64,000 nt of DNA from Octopus sinensis. Its lineage: Eukaryota. The position numbers and the translations under genes are program-made. Within the stretch, counting starts at the first letter, position 1; each line of letters opens with the position of its first letter. This document shows positions 48,845 through 60,329 of the stretch, one piece after another. The stretch lies in the NCBI RefSeq assembly GCF_006345805.1, contig NC_043014.1, forward strand, positions 25,234,001 to 25,298,000, read 5' to 3'. Below the pieces are notes generated by a model, which saw nothing but the letters and a program-made list of their open reading frames with translations, did no database searches and was not told the DNA's origin.

Positions 48845-51230
48845 CTGTGGATGGTGCAAAGCCCCCTCTCAATCCAAGGTAATGTGATTGTGGAACAATG
48901 TAGTTGACAAGGTCATTAGGGAAAAGAAACAGGCATGGAATGACTGGAAGAATGGTGGTAGCTGGGAATTGTATTAGATTCCCAGAAGGGAAGCTAGGAG
49001 ACAGTTTTACTTAGCCAGATGGGAAGCAGATAAGGAAAATGTTGCCAATGTTCTGTGCTGTGAGGATAAAAGACTTGAAGTGTTCTGTGTTGCAGGAAAG
49101 TGTGTGAGAGAGAATTGTGATGTCATAGGAGAGAAATGTTTCTGCATGGAGGATGGCTCACTTGCATTTAATGAGGCTGCAAGGAGAGAGACTTGGAGAC
49201 TTGAAATGTTGCTAAATGAAGAGAATGAATGTAAGAAAGAGAGTCTGCCGAATGTCGATCCAACAGAGGGACCAGCTATCCGAATTGATAGTACCTTGGT
49301 AGATAAAGCAATTAAGGGTATGAAGATGGGGAAAGCCCCAGGCGCATCAGGAATCACCACATATCTGGCAATGCCTGCTATACTCTAGTCACCAATATAG
49401 TCAATCTGGTGATACATGAAGGAGTCATACCCAATGACTAGTGTAGCAGCACCATAGTCAACTGCTACAAAGTAAAGGTGATGCATTAGATACGAATAAT
49501 TACAGAGTTATCAAGGTGTCGGATCAGGTAATGAAAGTCACAGAGCAGGTCATAGTCCAACTAACTAGAGAGAGAGTTAGTTTAGATGAGATGCAGTTTG
49601 GGTTTATGCCACTGATGCTATATTTCTGGCAAGACAGCTGCAGGAGAAATACCTAGCTAAAGATAGTCTTCTATACCTGGCTTTTGTTGACATGGAGAAA
49701 GCTTTTGACAGGGTCCCCTGATCCCTTATCTGGTGGTCAATGGGATTAGTGAGATCTGTACAAGCCATGTACAGGGATGCAGTCAGTAAGGTGAGGGTTG
49801 GCAATGAGTATAGTGAAAAATTCCGGGTTGGAGTAGGGGTGCACCAAGGATCGGTCCTCAGCCTCCCCTTATTCATTATTGTACTCCAGGCAATAACAGA
49901 GGAATTCAAGACGGTATGCCCCTGGTTGCTTCTCCATGCTGATGACCTTGCTCTAATAGCTGAGTCACTATCAGAACTAGAGGAGAAGTTTCAGGTGTGG
50001 AAACAAGGATTAGAATCAAAGGGCCATAGATCTATCAAAAACCAAAGTAGGAAGGCAGACAAATCACAAATCCCTTCAGATAGATGGCCCTGTTCAATCT
50101 GTAGAAGAGGCATAGGTAGAAACTCCATAAGATGTACCCAGTGTAAGCTATGGACACATAAGAGGTGCAGCAATATCAAAGGAAGGCTAACTGGGAAGAT
50201 AGTTTTTGTGTGTAGCAAATGCTCAGGGGCAATAAACACTGAAAATGTGCATAAAACAGCTTCCATCACATGACAAGTGGAAAACTTGGGAGTAATTGAT
50301 AGCTTCCATTACCTAGGCGACCAAGTCAGTAGCTGGGGTGGATGCTTTGAGAGTGTAGCTGCTAGAATAAGAATAGCCTAGGCAAAGTTCAGAGAGCTCC
50401 TATCTCTACTGGTGCCAAAAGGCCTCTTGCTCAGAGTAAAAGGTACACTGTATGACACATGTGTGCAAGCAACCATGCTACATGGCAGTGAAACATGGCC
50501 ATGACTGCTGAGGATGTGCATAAGCTTGCTAGTAAGCTCCACTGGATGTGTGAGTACCTTGAGGTGATGTGCAAGAGAGACGACTGCACTGGTATGGTCA
50601 TGTGTTGCATATGGATGAGGACAGCTGTGTGAAAAAGTGTCACACTCTAGCAGTAGAGGGAACCTGTGGAAGAGGTAGATCCAGGAAGACCTGGGATGAG
50701 GTGGTGAAGCACAATTTCCGAATGTTGGGCCTCATGGAGGTGATGACAAGTGACTGAGATCTTTGGAGATAAGCTAGGCTTGAGAAGTCCCGGCAGCCAA
50801 ATGAGACCGTAACCATGGCCGAAGCCATCATTCATTGGGCAATAAGCTGTGCTTGCAAAAACCTGTAGAGGCAAGTGAAGTCGTTGTCATGGCCAATGCC
50901 AGTACTGACTGACTGGTACATGTGTTGGTGGCACATAAAAAGCACTGTTTGAGCATGGTTGATGCCAGTGCTGCCTGACTTGTCCTGTACTGGTGGCATG
51001 CAAAAGGCGCCATTCAATTATGGCTGTTGCTACGTTAGTGGCATGTAAAAAGCACCATTGAAGCGTGATTGATGCCAGTACCATGTGACTGGCACGTAAA
51101 AAGCAGCTACTACAGTCTTGAAGTGGTTAGCATTAGGAAGGGCATCAAGCTCTAGAAACTTTGCCAGATCAGGTTGGAGCCAGGTACAGCCTTCTGGCTC
51201 ACCAGTCCTCATTCAAACTTTCCAACCCAT
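48845..51230 (+). mobile_element. RTE LINE, 5'-truncated, more diverged
   Basis: KAPGASGIT, DMEKAFDRV, GVHQGSVL, LLHADDL, PHD-like insert and 3' UTR. Confidence 0.93.
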
Positions 51231-51429
51231 ATATATATATATATTATAGTTGCAAGAGAGGCTGTGTGATATATGTACATGTGTGTGTATATACAGAAAT
51301 AAAAAATATGGTAAATTATAAAAAATAAGGTTGAAAGGGGATAAAGAAGTTAATACAATATAAAATGGTGCAATTAAGAAAGGAAAAAATGAAAAATGAA
51401 ATAAGGTTGCTTTGTTGCAGGAGGTTGTA

Positions 51430-52512
51430 GAGACAGTCAAGAAGAGGAGGGGATTGTGTTTAGTCTGAAGGGGATAGTTGTTCGTAGATTAAAAATATAA
51501 TGCTGTTCGAGGCGGAGTTGCGTGTGTTGGATCCGTGGTGTAGAGTTAGGTCAAAGATGGAGATGTTAGAGGGCGGTTTGGACAAGGGTTGAGGGGTATG
51601 AACAGGTGGGCAAGGTGCTGGGACTGGGTCTCAAAATCCTGGTCCCGGCTGCACAGCATCGGAGGTGGAGGAACTGGGAGTAGGGGATGGCCCAATTGTT
51701 GTGGAAGGGATGGGAGGAGAAGAAGTTAAGCTATAGGTGTGGATCTATGGGTTTGAAGAAGGTGTAGGTGATGAAAGAGTGGGAGGGGTGGTCAATGGTA
51801 AGTTAACCAAAGTGTTAGAGATAGAAGTGAATTGGAGAGAAGGGTGGAAGTTAGAGAGGAAAGAGATAAAGTGGCAGAGTTGTTCACGGGAGAGGGAGGT
51901 GGCACCTATACAGTCAGCTATGTAGCAACTGTATAGCTCTGGGGTCGACCCGGAGAATTGGGAGAATGCTTAGGCCTCAATGTGACCAACAAATAAGTTG
52001 GCGAAATTGGGGCCCATTCTCAATCCCATCACGACTGTTGGTAGGTTTCCCTGGCGAATGTAAAGCAGTTGAGGGTGAAGACAAGCTCTGCCAGGCGAAG
52101 AAGGGTAGAGGTGCTGGGTGTAGAGTCAGGGTGATGGTTGAGGAAGTTTCAGAGGCCTAAGAGACCATCGTCGTGGGGAATCACTGTGTATAGGGATTTG
52201 ATGGCCAAGGTGAAGAGGAGGTGTGAAGGCTGGGAGAGAAGGAAAAGGAATTGAAGAAGCGAAGGGCATGATTAGTGTCATGTATGTGAGATGAGAGGGC
52301 AGCAGCTAAAGGGGACAGGATGCAGTCAAGGTATTTGGAAATGAGTTCGGTGGGGCAATTACAGGCAGAAACAATAGGGTGGCCAGGGTTGTTGGGTTTA
52401 TGTATTTTGGGAAGGAAATAGATGGGGTGGAGGTACAGGGTGTTTGGATAATGAAGTTGGTGGTGGTGGGGGGGAGCAGAAGAGGAGACGAGGTCCTGGA
52501 TGGTGGACACAC
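51430..52512 (-). mobile_element. Penelope-like RT fragment (third PLE family)
   Basis: YFLPKIHKPNNPGHPIVSACNCPTELISKYLD, HIHDTNHAL, KSLYTVIPH, YLNFSSSHP. Confidence 0.88.
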
Positions 52513-53149
52513 ACATATATATAAATTAACATAATAAATATCTGATTAATAATATCTATTATCATTATTGTACGGTGGTGGTGGGTGATAATAATTCACC
52601 ATTGTAGCAGGAATATTTAAACTTCAAGAGAGTGAAAAATATTTCCGACACAATATAATTATTTACTATTTTATTCCTCTCCATTAATCACACTTGTGGC
52701 TGTCAATGCATTCTCTCTATAGATACAGAAAGACATACAGAGAGAGAGGGAGAGAAAGAGGCTGGTGGAGAAAGAGCAACAGAGAAACAGCAAATACGGA
52801 GAGGGAAAGAGGGTGAGTAGAAGCTGTCAAAAGCCGTTATAGAGATAAAGAGAAGGGAAGAGGGAAAGAGAGAGATGGAAGAAGAAAGGGTGATAACCAT
52901 AAGAGAGAAACAACAAACACTTGTCAAAGTCCATTTAAAGATGATCCATTTAAAGATGATGAATTTTCACTCTTTTTGTCATAGCAACCACATCTTTATA
53001 GCTTGTGAATTTTAACCATCGTGGGTCTCATCCTCGCCATGCATTTAGTATCCCTGCCAATTTTCAGGTCAATCCTAGCCTCGGTTTGGCTGCCATTAAC
53101 CGTCAAAGCAAAATGTGCATACAATTTTCGTCCAAGGACTGTTTTATAG

Positions 53150-53186
53150 ATATAGATATACATATACATATATATATGTATATATA

Positions 53187-53229
<43 letters not shown>

Positions 53230-53329
53230 ATATTATATTATATATATATATTATATATATTATATATATATTATATATATTATATATATATGATATATAT
53301 GATATATATGATATATATATATATTATAT

Positions 53330-53360
<31 letters not shown>

Positions 53361-53495
53361 ATATATATTATATATATATGATATATATGATATATATGAT
53401 ATATATATATATTATATATTATATGTATATTATATATATGATATGTATATGATATATATATAATATATATATGTATATATATATATATATATATA
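53150..53495. repeat. (AT)n microsatellite
   Basis: Direct inspection. Confidence 0.95.
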
Positions 53496-53770
53496 TCTCT
53501 TATTATAAAAGGCAGATTTTATCTGCCTCCCTTTGGGAGTTATACAAATCTACAATATAGGATTTCTTCAATTACAATTTACCTTGCATTTTTAAGAGTA
53601 TAATGCATCGCGTCATGCCAGGTCCAGTTTTTAAAATTTAAACTCCAGTTAAGCAAAATTACAGAAAACTCACATTCTGGTGTGTGTGTCAAATGCTTTT
53701 CTTAGTCTGGTTTACAGCACACGCAAACGCACACACACAGTGGGCAACGAATAAAATGAAAGTAATTGAC
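53496..53770 (+). mobile_element. Helitron 5' module
   Basis: A|TCTCTTATTATAAAAGGCAG; ~270 bp shared with the 5' end of 14971-16407. Confidence 0.85.
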
Positions 53771-54000
53771 TTACTGTAGTGAGTGATTCTTTCACTCTGC
53801 CTCCCACTTCCTCTTTCCACACACACGCAAATATATAAATAAAATTGTAAGCTAACGTGCGTGTGTGTGAGTGGGTGTGTGTGGGTGTGCGCGTGTGTGT
53901 GTGTGTGAGGGTGCGTGTGTGTATGTGTGTGCGTGTGCGTGAGTGTGTGACAGGAAAGTTTTTTTACGACGAATATAACACCTATATCCAAGTAGCAGAA

Positions 54001-54480
54001 AGATAAGACAGTAAGGTGTGATTTGAGGGAGATTTGGCTGCTATTTCTACCATGTCTAGCTGCCATGTAGGGTCTCCCTCATAGGCTCATACATACATAT
54101 ATACATAGATAAGACAGTAAGGTGTGATTTGGGGGAAATTTGGCTGCTATTTCTACCAGGTCTAGCTGCCATGTAGGGGTCTCCCTCATAGGCTCATACA
54201 TACATATATACATAGATAAGACAGTAAGGTGTGATTTGGGGGAAATTTGGCTGCTATTTCTACCAGGTCTAGCTGCCATGTAGGGGTCTCCCTCATAGGC
54301 TCATACATACATATATACATAGATAAGACAGTAAGGTGTGATTTGGGGGAAATTTGGCTGCTATTTCTACCAGGTCTAGCTACCATGTAGAGGTCCCCCT
54401 CATTGGCTCATATATATATACATACATAAGACAGTAAGGTGTGATTTGAGGGAGATTTGGCTGCTGTTTCTACCAGGTCT
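54001..54480. repeat. Minisatellite, 107-bp unit, ~4.5 copies
   Basis: AGATAAGACAGTAAGGTGTG starts at 54001, 54107, 54214, 54321 and ~54425. Confidence 0.95.
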
Positions 54481-54549
54481 GTTAGGCCTTCTCATGTAAA
54501 CTCAAGCTTTCTCATGCCTTGAACATAAGACTAAAGCAGAGAATGTATT

Positions 54550-54760
54550 CTTTTATTCTTCTGCTTTTTCCAGCCATTGGTCTGTGGCCATGCTGGGGCA
54601 ATGCCTTGAAGAATTGTAGTTTAATGAATCAACTCCAGTTTTATTTTTGTAAGCATTGTACTTATTCTATCTGTTTCCTTTGTCAAACCACTAGGTGACA
54701 GGGATGTAAACAAACCAACATTCATTGTCAAGCAGTGGTGGAGGACAATCACAAGCACAG
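54550..54760 (-). mobile_element. SINE family 1-related 3' half, diverged
   Basis: TGTGGCCATGCTGGGGCAATGCC tail and GGGATGTAAACAAACCAACA body. Confidence 0.65.
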
Positions 54761-54842
54761 ACACGCACACACACACACATACATGCATACACATATACAC
54801 ACATACATACATACATATATATATATGTGTGTATATATATAT

Positions 54843-55100
54843 TGCAGCCTGGAAGGTGTTTCTAAGCCATTTAAGAAACACACAAAAACCGTTACATTCA
54901 CTTCAACATTTAAATTTAATTTGCCAAAATATTTTCGTCGCTTTGAGACCGCGACCTGTTCACTGACAAAAATATCGTGCTAACAGGTCGCGGTCTCAAA
55001 GCGACGAAAATATTTTGACAAATTAAATTTAAATGTTGAAGTGAATCTAACGGTTTTTGTGTGTTTCTTAAATGGCTTATAAACACCTTCAACGCTGCAA
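54843..55100. repeat. Fold-back with ~118-bp arms and ~20-bp spacer
   Basis: 54843-54960 is inverted at ~54982-55099, with few mismatches. Confidence 0.92.
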
Positions 55101-55261
55101 CTGTTTTCGTTCCAGCACACGATCTCAGATCAAGTCACTTGCTATGCAAGTACATCTCTGTAACTATATATATATTATATATATATATATATGTATATTG
55201 GTAAAAACAGTAAGATAACAAAAGAAAGAAAGAGACCTCAATATTATGTAAATAGTGGAAA

Positions 55262-55654
55262 TCTTTATATATAAAAGTGAGGTTGTGTGTCTGTCTCCTA
55301 CGATTTAGATTCCTAACTACTCCCACATTTTGCGGTGCAGTTTAACCAAAACCGGGTATCTTATAGTCGTGATTCATATCGAGACCGTCTGGGTATTAGC
55401 GCGCGTCTACGATGAGTCTACGATTTTAAAAAAAATTACCATCAATTTTTCCCATTTTTAATCCATTTTTGACATATATAAGGGAAGTAACCCTCTAAAA
55501 TTTATTATTAAATCTCAGAACGTAAAAAGCTACAGTAACACCCCTCCCCCTTTGTGGTTAGCCATATTGAGATGGCTATTATACTTTACATCTCTAAAAA
55601 TGCTTATATAATTATTTCCCTTACAAACCCGAGCAACGCCGGGCGATACTGCTA

Positions 55655-55655
<1 letters not shown>
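55262..55655 (+). mobile_element. Short non-autonomous Helitron (394 bp)
   Basis: A|TCTTTATATATAAAAGTGAGG ... CCCGAGCAACGCCGGGCGATACTGCTAG|T. Confidence 0.85.
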
Positions 55656-55686
<31 letters not shown>

Positions 55687-55724
55687 GATATATATGTAAT
55701 ATATATACTATGTATATATATGTA

Positions 55725-56455
55725 TAGAAGTGACAAGAGGGGGCATCCCTGACAGACCAAACGTGCAATGTCGAAAGGTCTCGATAGATGTCCATTCACG
55801 TGAATTACCAAACGGATGCTTCTGTACAACGCAGCTATCCAGCTGTGGAAAATGGGACCGAAACCAGTCGCTATGAGGACAGCCTCCAAGTATTGATGGT
55901 CTACCCTATCGAAAGCTTTGGATTGATCCATATTGATCAGGAACCCGTGCCAGGTTCCTTAACTACCCTGTGTATGATGGAGGTTGTCATGGATGCTCTG
56001 GCCCGGCCCGGCGCACATTTGCACCTTGTCAACCAGTTTCTCAATGACAAGCACCAACCTCTTCACTAACATCTTGGCCAAAATTTTCAAGTCTGCAAGG
56101 AGCAGAGTGATGGGCCTAAAGTTATCTATTATGTCCCCCTTGTTTGGCTCTTTCTTCAGCAGCGTTATGGCTCCTCGTTTCACAAAACCAGGGATGCTCC
56201 CATTTTACTGCCAGTTGCAGTACACTGCTGCCAAGATGTCTCCAAACAAGTCTGGCATACAACTGTAAAGCTCATAGGGTAGACCATCCAAACCAGACGA
56301 TTTGTTCCTCGAGCATTCTGCCATCACATCCTGCACTTTCGCCGCTGTGAAGGTACCTTCACAGTACTCTGCCTCTCTTGTTGAGAGTTGTGGCAGGCTG
56401 TGCAGGTGGGCACTAAAGCCCACCCTGCGTTCTCGCTCACCACTTGTCCTGAACA
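55725..56455 (-). mobile_element. L1/Tx1-clade RT fragment
   Basis: NKSSGLDGLPYELY, NFRPITLL..D.KILAK, DQSKAFDRVDH, CQGCPL. Confidence 0.88.
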
Positions 56456-57124
56456 ATCATAGGCCAAACAAAAAACAGTCTATGTCAAAGGATGGCTCTG
56501 CACAGATACCAGATCAAAATCCCAAAAATAGAAAAATAGCATTCAGCCAACACATCAACATTTGCATCAATGACAAAAATCCAAGCTTCAGAATTTTTCC
56601 CCTCTACAAATTCAGGGATGATAAACATGTAACCAATGAATTAGTAAAGTGACTCTCTTTATTACAAAATACAGACCCCTTTTGAACACATCTACAACAA
56701 ACGACATATCCACCATGGCCTTAGAGTAACACAAACACACATGCAAATATTACAAATGATACACACAAGAGATACCCAAGAATTCATTAAAAAACAGTCC
56801 CAATCACTGCTATAATCCACAACGCTTCACTTTTAGGTCATTTTCAGCAGTTTACAGACAAAACTAAACCCACAGACATAGTACCAGGCAAAATAGAATT
56901 ACAATCAAAATACAAAATTCAAAAATAAAGTAATGGATCAAGAGAAAATAGAAGTGGCTGTGAAACAGTTTGACTATAAATTACAATTCTATCTTCATGG
57001 TCAGATTATAAGGAAGAAAGTGCAAAACAGAATGAAGAATAAAATTAAGCATTTAAGGATAAAAAAAGTGATGAAATAATGAAGACTGGCCAGTTCTGTG
57101 GTGAAGCAAATTTAGAAATAGCAG

Positions 57125-57850
57125 GTATGTGGTGAAGCAAATTTTGCTGAACCCTAATTATAATTATGCTCATAATTATAGAATTTTTGTGTAAGTTTAC
57201 CGATAATGGTTCTTCTAACATACCGAACTACTTGGTAAAATTATTAATTATTAATTGATTGATTAATTTTACCCTTTATTATTATTATTGTAAAAATAAT
57301 TCACTCCCTGACAGTAAACTGCAGTTTCTGTGGAATTACTCATGGCACACGTGGGTGATTGAGGAAGAATGCGAGATCTCATTCTTCTGTTTGAATTTGG
57401 AAGTACTAGTTTTTGGATATATGCTATTCGATGGCACTTGATCAAGTACGTACGTTAATTATCAGTTCTCTCAAATTTTAAATTTGAAATACTATACTGA
57501 AGAAGGAAATAAGTGAGTAGAAATATGATTTTACATCTCTTTAACCCCGAAACGCGTATGTAGTTAATCAAAGCCAGATGGACTCGTTATTTTTTTTTCT
57601 CTTTACCTGCGTGAGTTGTAGAGTATTGCTGTCTGGGAGATATCTTATGGTAGTAGAGTAGTATTTAACTGCTATTTCTAAATTTCGGTACGTGGCGAAG
57701 CAAATTTGGCTGAACCCTAATTATAATAATGCTCATAATTATAAAATTTTTGTATAAGTTTACCGATAATGGTTCTTTTAGCATACCAAACTACTTGGTA
57801 AAATTATTAATTATTAATCGATTAATTAATTTTATCCTTTATTATTATTG
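57125..57850. mobile_element. Partially tandem ~563-bp non-coding element with ~165-bp terminal direct repeats
   Basis: 57125-57290 is repeated at ~57688-57850; a diverged relative lies at ~5519-5630. Confidence 0.8.
57491..57564 (+). ncRNA. Minimal type I hammerhead motif
   Basis: ACTATA-CTGAAGA-AGG...CCCC-GAAAC-GC-GTA^TGTAGT; palindromic ACGCGT stem III. Confidence 0.6.
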
Positions 57851-57954
57851 ATAATATATAGATAGATAGACAGACAGATAGATCGATAAAACTTATTGGA
57901 AATGGATGCGTGGTGTTATATTTATATATATATAAATATATGTATATATATATA

Positions 57955-58003
<49 letters not shown>

Positions 58004-58159
58004 CCTTGTATTTACCCTTATTGGTGTAATTTAATTGTTCATTTTGAATTGATAAAAGGTGGATTTTTCTAATTTTTTATATATATATTATATTGTGTGA
58101 AATTTGATTTAGTACTTCTAAATTGAATTTTTTTTCCTTGTAAGTTTTGGATTTTATTC

Positions 58160-58180
58160 CCTCAAATATTAATATATATA

Positions 58181-58249
<69 letters not shown>

Positions 58250-58265
58250 TATATATATATACACA

Positions 58266-58297
<32 letters not shown>

Positions 58298-58298
58298 C

Positions 58299-58350
<52 letters not shown>

Positions 58351-58351
58351 T

Positions 58352-58414
<63 letters not shown>

Positions 58415-58475
58415 GTATGTATGTATGTATATATATATATGTATATATATGTATGTATATATGTATGTATGTAGG

Positions 58476-58530
<55 letters not shown>

Positions 58531-58620
58531 AAATATATGTATATATGTATGCATGTATATATATATATGTATATATATGTATGTGTATATATATATGTAT
58601 AAGTATATGTATATATACAT
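58160..58620. repeat. Compound (AT)n/(ATAC)n/(ATGT)n microsatellite
   Basis: Direct inspection. Confidence 0.95.
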
Positions 58621-59119
58621 ACTTCCAGTTTCGTAGAAGAATGATCTGTTTCCTTCGTTCTGGGAAAAAGAAAAAACAAACAAAAAAGGGATTGCATAAA
58701 TCAACGAAATAATCTGCTAAAACTGATAAAAAACGTAGAACTTGTTATCTCATAGCGGTCTACTAGGATATATTAAAAACCGTAATATATTTCACTTCAA
58801 GCCAAATATAATACATTAAAGTTAGTTACGCATGTAAGATTCTCTGTTGAAAAAGCATGTGGTGGCAATTCGTAAGTTTATTTCTAGCCGACTGTAAGAA
58901 GCAAAAAGAATTGTTTTCTTTTCTTTTTTGAAAGAAAACTTCTTCATATAGACACATGGATTTGGAATTTTTGCCTTTTGCGGATAAGTACCCTTTTCAT
59001 TTGTTTAATTTCCTGTAATTCAATGTAACGTGTGAGTTAGGACCTCATCTCTGTTTACATTCTGTTAATAATCTTTCAATTTGTGTTTCAGCGCCCACTT
59101 CACTTTTATCAATTTCTCA

Positions 59120-59594
59120 CTATATCCAAGTAGAATCTTTTGCATAACTTCTTCTCTTTTATTACTTTCTCTCTCTCTGTCTCTTCGCCTCTCTCTGTCA
59201 CACCATCTTTCTCCTCTCAGCCTCTCAATCTTCCTAAATATATAGACGCAAACATTAGAAATATAGTTGTAATTAGTTTAGAAGAAAACTTTCGTAGTTA
59301 CAGATAGATAGATATTTATAATTAGTTTAGAAGAGAACTTTCATAGTTGCAGATGGATATATATTTATTTGTTACTTTATTTATACTCTTTACTCTTTTA
59401 CTTGTTTCAGTCATTTGACTGCGGCCATGCTGGAGCACCGCCTTTAGTCGAGCAAATCGACCCCGGGACTTATTCTTTGTAAGCCCAGTACTTATTCTAT
59501 CGGTCTCTTTTTGCCGAACCGCTAAGTGACGGGGACGTAAACACACCAGCATCGGTTGTCAAGCAATGCTAGGGGGACAAACACAGACACACAA

Positions 59595-59646
<52 letters not shown>

Positions 59647-60240
59647 GACAGGCTTCTTTCAGTTTACGTCTACCAAATCCACTCACAAGGCATTGGTCGG
59701 CCCAGGACTATAGCAGAAGACACTTGCCCAAGATGCCATCCAGTGGGAGTGAACCCGGAACCATGTAGTTGGTTAGCAAGCTACTTACCACACAGCCACT
59801 CCTGTATATATTTCTTTGTTACTTTATTTATATATTCTACTATCCAAGTAGAATCTTTTGCATAACTTTATCTCTTTCTTTTCTTTCTCTCTCTGTCTCT
59901 TCACTTCTCTCTATCACACCATCTTTCTTCTCTGCCTCTCAATCTTCCTAAATATATAGACATGAACATTCTCCTCTCACTCTCTCTCACTTTCTTCTTA
60001 TCTTCTCTCAGCCACTCAATCTTTTGCATAACTTCCTCTCTTTCATCTCTTTCTCTCTGTCTCTTCACTTCTCTCCATCATGCCTCTTTCTCTGTCTCTT
60101 CACTTCTCTCTGTCACACCATCTTTCCTCTCTCAGCCTTTCAATCTTCCTAAATATATAGATGCGAACATTCTCCTCTCACTCTCTCTTACTCTCTTCTT
60201 ATCTTCTCTTCAGTGCTCAATCTCTCTAAATACATAGACA
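59120..60240. repeat. Degenerate CT-rich tandem repeat interrupted by a SINE
   Basis: TTTTGCATAACTT...CAATCTTCCTAAATATATAGA recurs at ~59138, ~59852 and ~60021. Confidence 0.8.
59386..59804 (-). mobile_element. SINE family 1, full length, with 28-bp TSD
   Basis: Complete copy; flanks 59358-59385 and 59805-59832 match at 27/28. Confidence 0.93.
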
Positions 60241-60329
60241 CTTTCTTTCTCTATTTCGTCTCTACCCTCTATCACACTGTTAAATTTTAAATATAATTAG
60301 ATAGATAAATAAATAAAATATCCAAAAAA

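Noticed and set aside
56460-57100. A/C-rich stretch as a decayed retroelement ORF
   Set aside because: No motif recovered in any frame.
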